In this document: piece by piece, positions 27,607 to 40,097 of the stretch
How positions within the stretch are numbered: position 1 is the first letter of the stretch
How the letters are laid out: every line of letters starts with the position of its first letter
Position numbers and translations under genes: made by a program
Source: Paramecium tetraurelia
Lineage: Eukaryota
Assembly: GCA_000165425.1 (NCBI GenBank)
Contig: CT868207.1
Span: 310,001 to 374,000, forward strand
Length of the DNA: 64,000 bases
Direction of reading: 5' to 3'
The notes under the pieces: model-generated
Told to the model about the DNA's origin: nothing
Database searches by the model: none
The model's input: only the letters and a program-made list of their open reading frames with translations

Positions 27607-27699
27607 TTATTTAGATATATTTTTATCCAAAAATACATTAGATTAATCAAAATTATTTATGATTATTTTGAAATAATAATATTAAATCCATAATTTATT

Positions 27700-29245
27700 T
27701 CAGATTTTTTTACAAAACATATCAATAAATTCTAGATAATCTATTTCTCCATCATTGTTTTTATCAACTTCTTTTATTAGACTTTCACAAAATTGCTTTG
27801 AAATATATTTAAATTGATCAACAGATTTCAACACATTTTAAAGATTGTCTACTGTGATTTTTCCTGTATTGTTCAAATCAAATTATTTGAATGCCAAATA
27901 ACATTTCTCCTCTTTCAAAAATAATCTCTTCTCATAGATTTAATTAATAAAGTCTAATTAGTTAAATGATTACTATTGTAATTAATTTTATCATCCTGAA
28001 TTTCAGAATGCTATAAAATTAAATTTATTTCTTCGTATTCTGGCTAATCTTTTAAGGTATCTTTAATTGATGAAACTGAAATGAATCCTTTTGAATTAAC
28101 ATCCAATTCTTCAAATATTTTCTTTAATTTTTCTAAAGAATCCTTTTGCAGCTATTCAGACAAAAAATTCATCATAATCTAAGTTTACTTTAATATTATA
28201 CTCTTAATAGATGGTTTTAATTGGATAGTTCTTTCATCTATTTGAAGTTTGGATTTAAGAAAATAGTTTTATCAATAGGAGTTTAAATCCAAGGATGTTT
28301 CAATATATCAAAGATTGACATTCTTTTATAAGGATCAATCAGAATTTTAGACAATAAATCTGCAACTGGTTTTTCAACTTTTAAAGTTATTTCATAATTT
28401 TAAATTTGTTTGTAGATTTCGGCATCAGTTTGACCATTGAATGGCAATTCACCTGTTATTAAAACATGTAAAATCACTCCAACTGCCCATATGTCACATT
28501 TTTCGGTTAGTCTACCTTCAAATATTTCTGGAGCTGTAAAATACAACTTACAATTAATAATGTATAATACTTTCCCTGATCTTGAGGATTCTACAACTAT
28601 TCCATTCTGTTTCTTAATGTAATCATCTACATAAAGCAATTAAAATCCAAAATCAACTGCCTTAATCCTCATATCTTCTGCTTTTCGTTCTACATATAAA
28701 AAAGATTCAGGCTTAAATATTTCAATTATTTTACTCTTAAATCTCGATGACATAATGCATATTTATGACAAACATTTATGGATTGGATCATTTACAAAAA
28801 CAATTAGCGAGCCTCTTCTGCTGAAAGTACGTATTTTTCCAATATTTTTTCAAACAATGAACCACCTTCGCAAAGACTTAACTAGATTAGTTTTGTTAAA
28901 AATACTCAATCACTATATGTATGTTCCTATCATCCTCGTATAGTTCATAAATTTTAATAACATTTTCATGATTCTTATATATAAGGCTATTATTTTTTAC
29001 AATATTTTTGAGCTAATTAACGTCTGATTTCAATTTTTCCTTATGCTTTACTTTAGCTTTTGGGATGCTACGTATGGCTCTATAGATTTTTGATAATCTC
29101 TCTTTAACTTTTATAACTTAACCAAATTTTCCTGACCCAAGAACCTTGATTAATTTAGTTATACTTTCTTTGTTTCCATTTCATATTTCTAACTTAAATT
29201 TTAGGATTGACTCCACATGAACCATAATTATTTTGAATTCTTCAT
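27700..29245 (-). CDS. CDPK-architecture protein with degenerate catalytic motifs (predicted pseudokinase)
   Basis: LGSGKFGQV, YRAIRSIPK, HRDLRPES, VDFG, FTAPE, DIWAVGV; EF-hand tail ending DKNNDGEIDYLEF. Confidence 0.88.
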
Positions 29246-29260
29246 ATTAAATATTTATAA

Positions 29261-29847
29261 TCAAATTAACAACAGAACATAATTAATAAGAAAAAAAACG
29301 AGAAAAGCCAAAATAAAAACATTGAATGCAAATTAATTTCCTTCTCCAACGCATTTCCCAATCCATATACAATGATGATCGTACCCTCTTATACAAATAT
29401 TACAATCTTTGCAATGTATAGTTCCTTTTGATTTGTGCATGGAGCAAATTGAACACCAATCTAGCTTAGATTTAATAAATACGTTCTGTAAATGCTGTAT
29501 TTGATTATTTGTAATTTATGCCTTAGTTTTTTAATGCAGTTATTAGGAAAGTTAATATTAAAAAGAGTCCAGAGCAACTTTGTACTATTCTAAATAATAT
29601 ATCGCTTTTATAAAATATTAATCCTATGTAATAAGTTCCTAAGATCAAAACTATGGTTAGAAATAAAGGAAAAGGCCCTTCTATTAAGAAATATCAATTT
29701 ACAATGGGGACCTATAGTAATTAAAGGCTCATCATTTCTAAACCAAAAGCAATATTGGCTTCCCTTTTTTCGTTTTAGTTATTTCACTTCATTTGAACTT
29801 AAAGGAACTTCTTCATCCTCAATTTATCCATTTTCTATGTCGTTCAT
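29261..29847 (-). CDS. Short DHHC palmitoyl-acyltransferase family protein (3 predicted TM)
   Basis: WCSICSMHKSKGTIHCKDCNICIRGYDHHCIWIGKCVGEGN; two TMs before and one after; two 22-nt introns. Confidence 0.9.
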
Positions 29848-30015
29848 TTTAATTAACAATATTAACAAATAAAATTTCACAACTATCATCGTAATTCAAA
29901 TATATGAAATTAATGAAACTTATTGAGCATTTAAGTGAATATTACAATCTGTGAGTTAGATTAATTTAAAATATTTTGAGGATATAGCCCTTTATATATA
30001 TATATAATAGTAAAT

Positions 30016-30600
30016 TCACATTGAAGATGATAGTTTACTCATAAATTCTTTGATTTTATTTTCTCTAAAGACTATAGCATTTTCTCTTGCTTATAATTCC
30101 TGCTATTTTTCTTAGATTGCTTTATATTCTTTATGGATTCTTTTTTCAAATAAATGCCTAGCAATATCGATATCAATTTATGGTTCTGGCTCTACATTTT
30201 CCTAATTAGACTATAAAAAAGTCTCTTCCGTTTATGTTTGTCTATTTACTAATGATAATTCTTTATTTATCAACTCCATTTCCTTTTCTCTTATTTACTT
30301 TTCAAAATTATATAATTATTCTTCTTTTTACTTCATTTCTTGATAAAATTAATCTAATTGATTTTAAGTGGAATCTATTAATTTTTTAGCAATTTGAACA
30401 TCACTTTTTAGTGATTCAATTTCTTCTGCTTATTTTGAATTAATAAATTGTTATTCTAATAGTTTTTTTTCTAGCACTTATATTTATTGTTAATGCTCTT
30501 CATAATAATCTAAGTAAGTGGACTAATTTTTAATATCGCTTAATGGAGTTCGTTGATTTAGAAAAAAAATATCTGAAATGCTTTTATTAGCAGATTTCAT
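30016..30600 (-). CDS. Coiled-coil protein with N-terminal D-box-like motif
   Basis: Open frame MKSANKS..QRTPLSDIKNQ.. then E/Q/K heptads; TGA 30016-30018. Confidence 0.7.
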
Positions 30601-30844
30601 TTAATTTTATAAATTAATTAATAACTAATTACTAATTTCAACCACTAAATTTGATAAGAGTAAAATGATGAGAACTTAGTATCATTTAAATAAATATCGA
30701 TTAGTTCTTTAGGACCTAAATAACAGTGTGTGTATTTAAATTTAATTTATATTCTAACAGATTTTTAAGTAATAATAAATAAACAAAGAGGTATTACTAG
30801 AAAAAATAGTTTGGTTGTATAAATATAGAGAGAATACGTAATTG

Positions 30845-31861
30845 TCAAAAGTCATAGAAATTCCACTCTTAATATGGTTATGCAGGGTTGATTTCATCGT
30901 CTATTTGTGTTTCTTTCCAATCGGAGTTGAAAGTTATTGATGTGAATTCATTTTCATAATTGTGTTGATCAGTTTAATTTGTATTTATAAACTGATCAAT
31001 ATCTATTGATGCTTTCGAAACCTCGTCATCTGCTTCAATTATCATATTATTCCAGCTATCATTTTATGAAGTATTATGCTCTTCTTATATTATTTCTGGG
31101 GCAGCAACATTAAAAATGGGATCCTTCCTTAAGAGTTACCTCAAATAACCCATTTTCATGTTCAAACACTCTTTTATATTGATAATTTAAGAAGCTTTCC
31201 TAATTATGCTGTAATAGTCTTCTAAAGTTTTCTTTGAACATCCAACTAGATTGGCTGCTTCTTTGAGTGAAGGCTTGATAAAATGTCCAGCGTAATCACG
31301 ATACCCATTCTCAAATAAGTCTCTCCATTATTGAACTAGATTGTTAGCTTCATAAACAAATCTCTCTTTAGATCTTCTTTATTTATCAATTAATGATCCC
31401 TGTTGCATCTTATGAATGCTTTTTAATAATTTTTCACCTCCCTAGATGAAATCAGCAATTTATTATCCTATAATAGTATTTATCAGAATTCATACGTATT
31501 CATTTATAACTATGTTTTAAGTAAATAGTATTCATCTGTCTCTCATTAAAAATTGACCAATACTTCATCGTTGGCAGTTAATTTCTATATGATTAATTTA
31601 ATAGATTCTTCTATAAAATAAAATGACAATGTTAGTTTTTTGTATTATAGAATTTTGATTAATCTATTGAAATTAATGTAGAATGAAATGATTTTCCTTA
31701 CCCTTTACGATTTAAGATCTTTCCTTTAATATCCTACTTAGACTTCAAAAAAATATTATTTCGATCAAATAGGTTTTTTATTATTATATTAATTAACTTT
31801 ACTCTATCCAGGTTGTCTGTAAATCAACAAAAATGAGAATACATTAAAACACTACCTTCAT
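30845..31861 (-). CDS. Ciliate HTH-type putative DNA-binding protein with acidic tail
   Basis: RRSKERFVYEANNLVQQWRDLFENG..PSLKEAANLVGCSKKTLEDYY..KMGYLRQLL; start uncertain. Confidence 0.65.
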
Positions 31862-33220
31862 TGAAGATAGGAAATGAAATTATAATTAATATTTTAAAAT
31901 AGTATAAAAATAATTTTATAAATATTCTTTAAAAGATGAAAATTATTTTTTGCTCGATATATTAGGAAGACCAATTATTAGAATGTATGGATTATAACAA
32001 TTACATTAATAAACTTTTTTTTCAAAAATCTTTTATGGAAATACTATAACATCTTTAATTATAAACAGTTAAATTAGGTAGAAACTAAACTTTCCTTTAT
32101 AAATTTAAAAATAGAAGAAAAAAGTTTAATAACTATTTCAGAATTGAAAAATAAAATTATAAAAATTGATTCATTCTACTTTATGATAGCGGTATTCATT
32201 AGAAATTCATTAAACAGAATATAAAATGAAAATTATTGATATTATAACAATTTATTATTGAAAGGAGATAAGAAAGGATGTAAAATATTTATGATCAAAG
32301 TCATTTGAGTAAATAATAATTAACGAAAATGATGAAATCAAATTTAAACGTACCTTAAATGTTTTATTTTAATGCTAAAGAAAATTTATAAAAGATAGGT
32401 TCATTGTCATGAGATTAAATATATTTAGAATTTATAATGCATGGTCAAAGGATTTTTTTTTATTTTAGTTCTTCGAGAATTTAAGTCTGAGTATCCAAAC
32501 TACTGATGAAAGAAAGAAAATAATGTGAATCATAGAAGAATTAATTTGACCTTCCATTATATCTAAAATAAATTAAATAAACACTTCAGATGTTTTGAAT
32601 CCTTATCCAAATTGTTTTTTTATCTTTTATGGTTTTTTAATCCTAACTGATTTTCCTGATTGAAACTCAAATAAATTATTCAAGCGAAATCACATCGAGA
32701 TGGATTCCTTTTTACTATGTTTCAAACAAAAAGTAGCAACAGAAGAGTAATAAACTAAAATTGGCTAACAATTTCTATCAAATCTAAACAGAAATTATTA
32801 CTAATCTAATGTTTGAGGTCCGATAATCAGTTAAATTATGAGATAAAGTATATATAAATCTAAAAGTCTTATGAATTTATAGATAAATTTGATTAAGAAT
32901 TTTTTTATTTTCATTATTATTAATAGTCTTGAATCTAAAGGCTTATTGTAGGACATATTTTAAATAGGGGACTTAAATAAGAGCAGCAGCGAGAATTGAG
33001 TTTATTATAGCTTGATTTTATTGAATCGTAATTGAATTAGTCATAATATATTATTGAATGATTAAATTAAGTTATAAAGATTTTATTTTTAAATATTACA
33101 ATCAAATTGTATTAAGGAATTAAAGTTGAAGTATTTATTGCATTAGAACTGAAAATTTATTCCTGAATATTTTTGATCAGAGATTAGGATTTATTGGTTC
33201 TATAATTATTTTATTATAAT

Positions 33221-35075
33221 ATGATGTATACTCTAACCCCTTAGTAAGCCTAGATTTCTATAAAAATTGACAAGCCTAGCTATTATCCTGGGGAGATTAT
33301 AAAGGGAGTGGTGTATATGAAAATCAAAACGAAGGATATTTAAGCTGGTCTTTTGTATTTAAAAGTAAGAATTCAAATAAAAGTAATATAGCTCTGCGGA
33401 CAAGAGAAAGTCAATTAATTAGACTCTTATAACTAATTCTTTAGCTATAAATAGTTCATATATAAAAAGCAGAAAAAAATAGCAGACTTTGGAATGTATA
33501 ATAAAGCTGTATATTTAGAAAAATGCCAATTATAGCTTGCAAAAAATATTTTGAATTAGAAGTTCCCTCATTATACCCTAGTTTCACAGTTAATTATTAC
33601 AAACTGGTACAGTGTAGAATTCTTTATTTTCTCTCTGTGAGTATATAAAGCGAAGATGAAAAAAATTTATATAAAGTACCCAAAAAACATAGAGTAGTAG
33701 TTCATATATTGTAAAAATTGCCAATTTAAAATGTTATTCCTATTGAATATTCAGAAGTTTCAAAAAATGACAAAAGGTGTTGCTTTTCAACAGGGGTAAG
33801 AAAACAATTAAATTTAGAATACAAAAGTCAAAATTTAATTAAACAAAGCATAATATGTATTTGGAGACAGCATCTAATTAAATATTTCAGTTGATAATAG
33901 TTAATCAAATGTTGCTGTTTAGAAATTTGAATTGAAAATTTCTTCTTAATTAGTAGTTTTATATAGACAATAAAAAAGAAAGTTATCAAATTATTTTGAT
34001 ATCTATTTATAAGAATTAAATGGTAATAGATTATTTTATGTTAGAATAAATTTAGGCACATTCCTAAAAATAGATTGCCACTAAAATACATCTACCAACA
34101 GGGAAACCAGATAATTATACGTCTATTTTCCCTTAAAGTACAATTAAAACGAAAAGGGTAAGTTATTAATATATTCTTACTGTGAATGTAATTTTTTCAA
34201 GGTAGTTATTTTTCAAAGTGGAGAATCTTGTTGCCTCTATCCCTTTAATTTTGATTTAGCATCAAAAGAGAGAAAAGAACAATATTATTCAATCGATGGA
34301 TAATTTAAGTATGCTTGGATCAATACTTGAAACGAATTAAAAATTAAATACTAGTTAATTAAAAAAATTTATTTATGGAGATCACAACTCTGCTGGTTAT
34401 GGTGAACAGGATGGTTATGTAGGACCTGAAAGAAAATATAACCCAATAGAAAGTCTGGATGAATTTGCATTGAAGGACACAAAGGGAGCATTGGAATAAT
34501 TGATGTTTAAGAAATAATATGAGGAAGATAGTGACATTGATGAAGAATTTGAAAACGAGATTGATGGTATAAGTATGAATGATATCAGTATCAATCAAAT
34601 ATAATCATCTCAAGACTAATAATAAAAATAGAGGACAATTTTTAATTAAAAACAGTAAAATGAATTCAATTGTCCTAACTCTGAAGAATTTAAATAAGTA
34701 GAGGGTATATAGGAGCATTTGCAAACAATAAAAGAGGAGTAAGAAAGTAAAGGAACTTAATATAATCTTAACAATATCTAACCTTCATTTTAAGTCTAAA
34801 AGAATCCCTAAAAAGCTTAGAAAGATTCTCATCAAATTTAAACATTTGGATCAGTAAATTCAGGATTAGATAATTATAATTATGAAGATGTGAAAAGTCC
34901 AAATGAGCAAACAAATCCTAGAAAAAGTACAATTTTGAAAAAAAATAAAAATACTGAATAAAATGATTAAAGAGAACAAAAATAGTTGAAAGTTTAGTTT
35001 GTTGATATTACTTCAGTGGATACTCTTGATGGAAAAAATGGAGACAAAATGACTACATAAAAATAAAAAAGATGA
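33221..35075 (+). CDS. Arrestin-fold (alpha-arrestin-like) protein with acidic low-complexity tail
   Basis: IKIDKPSYYPGEIIKGVVYM..LCGQEK..YFELEVPSLYPSF..ILYFLSV; several tiny introns. Confidence 0.75.
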
Positions 35076-35188
35076 TATGTTATGACCAATTTTGAAATGA
35101 AAATTTGTAATTCATTTTTATATTAATTTGTAATATAATTATTTAAACAATATTCATATTAATCTTAATTATATTACTATTATGTTTA

Positions 35189-36171
35189 TCACAAATCAGA
35201 TTCTAATTATTAATGAATAAGTTTGTCCTCCTCCTCTTCCTCCTTCTCCAAAATATGACTTAACTCAGCCAAACTTGCATCGTTCTAAATTTCTTAATAT
35301 ATGGATTGAGTCAATTTGATGAAATAATAAATAATTAATATTATGGTTATAAACATTCCTAATTTCAGCCAAAATGGAACATAGTTACTTGTGTCTCCTG
35401 ATTATAATAAGTCAGATAAGGATTCCAGGTTTGACCCCATGTATACCCAAAATCCTGCCCAAACCACAGTACCAAATATTGTAGGATGGATGAATTCCCA
35501 ATGTGTAATTCTAAACAATCCACAAGCATATGTTTTAAAAATGGTAGGAATTGCCAAAAATTATATTAAATACATAACTTTCACTGGTTTTCTTTCAGTC
35601 GCCAAATAACATGTAATGAAGTAAATGTTCTCATTCATAGCCATATAAATATAATTTCTTACAAAATATCTCCCTATGAGAAATCCAAAATATCTATTGT
35701 GAAATCAATTAAAATGTTACTTTGCTAGAAATTTAGCTATAGATACTGTTAATAGTGCAAACCAAAATGGTTGAATCAAATATCCTGCCAAAATATCATA
35801 CAATACTACATTAAAGCCTGTTAATACAAACCATAATCCAATCATTCCTATATATACGGCTCCAATGATTTATCCTAGCTAGAATATTGAATACCTTACT
35901 CGCTAAAATCATTCAAAATGCCATAGCAAAAATATCTGAAATCTCTAACCCAATATAATAACAAAACAAAAGTTATAAGTATAATTGAATAAAGAATCAT
36001 AATTAACAACAATATTCTCTATGCTTTATCTCTTTTTGGATTATTTTACGAATTGCCTAATGTTGCTATATATATATGAATACTCCCTCCATCTTTAGCT
36101 TTTTAATATTTTTCTCTTAATTCTCTACTTTGATCTTCATAGAATCGTTGTGAAATTGTTTATTCATTCAT
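35189..36171 (-). CDS. DedA/VTT (TVP38/TMEM64/TMEM41-like) membrane protein
   Basis: LAGYL..FGFLIGRYFVR..LIQFLAIPTIFKTYACGLFRITHWEFI..WVYMGSNL pattern typical of the SNARE-associated Golgi/VTT domain. Confidence 0.75.
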
Positions 36172-36421
36172 TCGTTTTTTTCTTATTAATTATGAAAATT
36201 ATTATATAATAAATAATTAAATATTTGAACTTTTTTTTATTATGACTAGTACCAATTATATTTCTTTCATGAAAATTTAAAATCATAAAATTATGATAGA
36301 TTTCGATTTGTCTAGAGCAAATATGAATTTTATAGGGCATCGGTTAAGATTCCCTTTCTCAAAATTTTGTGCTTTTGTCATAACTTACATTTAACTATAT
36401 ATATCATATATATATATTGAA

Positions 36422-38009
36422 TCAAATCTAATCGATTTCTTTAGTTGTTTTCACAAGTTATTCGCTATATGGAGTTTCTGGTTCCTCCTTAATTACACCT
36501 AGTCGTTAGGAGAAACCAATTTTCTGCTGTTACTGTTGCTACGCTTATTTTTATTATTGGGCTTGTAATTATTGTTTTTCTTCTAAAGACTCAAAGGAGG
36601 AACTGCTATCACAAAAGTTGATGACATCAAAGAGGTCTTTGACATCATCGGTACTTGGTTTAGCAGAGCACTTGGTAAGATTAATTGAGTGGATTGATTA
36701 TTAAAAGTGAATCGATTTCTCTCTGATTTGCTAACTGGTTTCTTTATAAGCTATAATGATTTATCCATGGTTTTTAGTTAAATCTCTTTTATCAATAAAT
36801 TATTCATTAGAATTAGAAACAGATTATTGTAATATTTTCATATTTGCTTACATAGACCTTACAATACCCAAAAGAGGTTTATCACTAGACCCAAGAACGA
36901 TGTCATCCTTTGATCTCATTTTTATATGCTTAGGAAATATCTTAGGTTAATAAAGCCAAGGATGGAGTAAAGCCTCTGAAATAAATTAATAAATCTATAC
37001 AAGCCGAAGTGATTCGTTTATCTGGATTCCATTTCAGTATCCTTTTGATAAAGTCAATGACCAAAGAGGGCAATTGAAGAAATTCTGGTTGCTGCAAATG
37101 TCCAGTGTACTCAGATTAAGTGGAAAAGCTTTCCATCTGATTCTCTTAATCAATAGGTAATTTACCACACAACAACTGATAGCAGACAACTCCAATGGCC
37201 CAGACATCAATCTATTTAGAATATCCAGAACCAACCCATAATTCAGGAGCTTGATAAGGCATGGTTCCTGTCACAGTCCACAGGAGATTGTTTTTGATGT
37301 CTTTGCAATTTTTCTCAGCGACAAGGAATCTTTTTGAAACCCCGAAATCAATTAACTTGATGGTGTTTGTGTCATTATCAAAGACGATATTATCAGGTTT
37401 GATGTCTCTGTGACACAATCCAACTTTGTGAATGTATGACGCAGCCTCGAACAATTATCTCACGATTATGCATGTTTCATTCAGATCTAAAGTCTTTCTC
37501 TACTTCAAGATATGCTACAGACTTGGATAAGGTAAATAGTCCATGACTAAATAAGAGCATTCCATGTTTGGATCAATGTAAAGCATATTAGTTTTGCAAA
37601 TGTAAGGATGATTTAAAGACACAGTATTAAGGAATGTCTATTTCATTATTTCTGTGATTTCTGGATCTGCATTCCTTGAAATCTTAACAGCATATGTTTC
37701 ATCTGGGTTTGTTATTTGCCAACATTGTCTGACAACTGCATGAGCTCCTTCACCCAGAATTTTTCCAATTTGATATATATTTTTGAAGGATTGCTTCATT
37801 TATTCAAGTTGTTTCTTATTGGACAGATAATCGATTATTTTAGGAGCATCATCCTTAAATTCACTTTAACTTGAGCAATGAACATATTCTAATATTTATG
37901 GACATTGATTGATAATTTCTTCGACATTCTATTTTTATTAATTCTCATTCTTAAATAAATCACTTTTCAATTTATTTCTTATCCTCTCAAAGTTACCTTT
38001 TTTGTCCAT
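36422..38009 (-). CDS. Ser/Thr protein kinase (CAMK-like, ciliate type)
   Basis: LGEGAHAVV, YAVK, HRDIKPDN, IDFG, TGTMPYQAPE, DVWAIGV. Confidence 0.93.
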
Positions 38010-38601
38010 TTTTATTGTTATTTATATTTATATAATTATATCAAGTAAAATTTATTTGTTCAAAATCAATTAATCAATACAAAACTAAATTCTCAAATCC
38101 CATTACTCTGTTCTTTCTATTAAAATATCATAAAATTCAGTAAACGTTCCTACTCAGATATAATTCTCATTTCTCTTGCTTACTCCCTTTAAATGATCCC
38201 TTATTTTTAAACTGTCTTTAATTAATTAAATAAATTTCTACATACCAATAAATTCATTCTGTAAAAAAGTAAATGCAATAATTTTGTCATATATTTATTA
38301 AAATTGTATTCAATTTAAATTTCATGATATATCAATCAATCAAATTCAAGTAGGGAGCACTCCAACCATATTTAAACAGGATCTTATTTTTTTATATATA
38401 ATCAAATAATCAATTTATAATAAGTGTAGAAATGTTATTAAATCTAACTGAAACTAAACAGCCACAAAATTGAAAGATTAAACCCTGATATTACTTACAT
38501 TCATAGTTAAATGCTTTAATTAGTACATAATAAATAACAATAATGAAATTGTAAACCGAAGAAATTCCTAAAGTCTGCGCTCAATTTAATATTATTTATT
38601 T

Positions 38602-39536
38602 ATGAAATAGTTTGTTAAACTCTTGATAATTTTGGGAGAATCAGAAATCGACATAGAACTAACGCGACAAGAATTATGTGCACAGAGACTATTCGAACCC
38701 TTCACAAGTTTTAAACGATTAGATTAAAACAATAAAACTAAGCTTGGAGTTAAGGAATTTTATGAATTTCTGCAAGACAACCAAGAAATACATTTAACCA
38801 AGTAATAATTAGATACTCTTATCAAATATTTGGATTATGATAAAGATGGCTCAGTATCGTATAATGAGTAAAATATTACATCCAATATTCAATAGCTTCA
38901 TTAAAATAATATTACCATAAGAACACCCTGAATTAACTGAATTGGCTATGTTAAGATCTAGCTACCAAATTGAAAAGAATGTTCTTTTACCATCAGAAAT
39001 TGAGTCATTGTTAAATGAACTATTATTATGTATTCTTACTTGGAGAGATTCCTTTGAAAAGGTTAAAGTAGAATTGTTAAAGGAGGATTATAACAACTAT
39101 ATGGATTACCTATTTCAGAACCATTAATAATTGAGCATCTAACAGTAATACTTTATTCCTAAAAAGATTTTATAAAATAATAAATGAAATTCAGCCTGTC
39201 AAACAAGAAACAGTTTTATCGTGTTTCAAATACATAGACTAAAATAGAACTAGATTTATTACCAAATCTGATGTTATTTTGAATTTGCTGGGGATTCCCT
39301 TTGAACAATTCACACACAAACAATAAAAGTAATTATAGGATACTTAATTCTCATCATACAATCTATCTCCCAGACAGACTTACCTATAAATTTCACCCAG
39401 ATTTACTTAATTACCAAGAAATGAGAGAACTATTAGTAATATCGAAAATATATTATCGTTGTCAACATCAAATAAGAATAAAAATGGAAAGATAATATCA
39501 TTCAAATCACGTACTTAACTATCCCAACTAAATTGA
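38602..39536 (+). CDS. EF-hand protein
   Basis: IELTRQELCAQRLFEPFTSFKRLDQNNK..LDYDKDGSVSYNE; start could be 38543. Confidence 0.75.
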
Positions 39537-39602
39537 TATATATACTATTTATTAAATAAATATAGGCCTCAATATTAAAATTATTTATTTTAATTAATTA
39601 TA

Positions 39603-40060
39603 ATGAGTGAAGGATAATAAATTAAGGAAAATACGCAATAAAATGAAATCCTTATTGGAATGCCAAAATCTGGAAATCCTTGGAAGAAACTTTCAACAAA
39701 GTATGAAATCATCATGTAATTTTAGATCAAGTACAAGAACCAAAAGATTTCATAAAGTTTCATGGGAAGAAAAGCAAAAATAAAGATAACAAAAGAAAGA
39801 ATTATAAGACTATTTGAAAGAGTATAAAGCTGAGAAGGAGAAGCAGGTATTTTTTAATGTGAATTAAGATTTAAGAAGAAAAATTGAGAAAAAAGAATAA
39901 GAAGAAATAAGATGAATTAAATAAATATAAGACAGCTGATCTTTAAATTATAAAAGAATCCAAAAATATTAAAAAATGGACCAAAAAGGCACGTAAAACC
40001 TTGGTCAAATTGCCTGCTGAAATATTTGAAACATTGCTAGAAAAACAAAGAAGAAGATGA
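39603..40060 (+). CDS. CGR1: Cgr1/CCDC86-family nucleolar rRNA-processing protein
   Basis: GMPKSGNPWKK..SWEEKQKQRQQKKE..LQIIKESKNIKKWTKKARK; two tiny introns. Confidence 0.8.
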
Positions 40061-40097
40061 TTAAAAATAATATTGTTTTTATATTTCTAAAATTATA

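Noticed and set aside
30660..30730. ATGATGA C-box plus hairpin as a C/D snoRNA or SECIS
   Set aside because: No CTGA D-box and no 3' GA of the SECIS core at the right spacing
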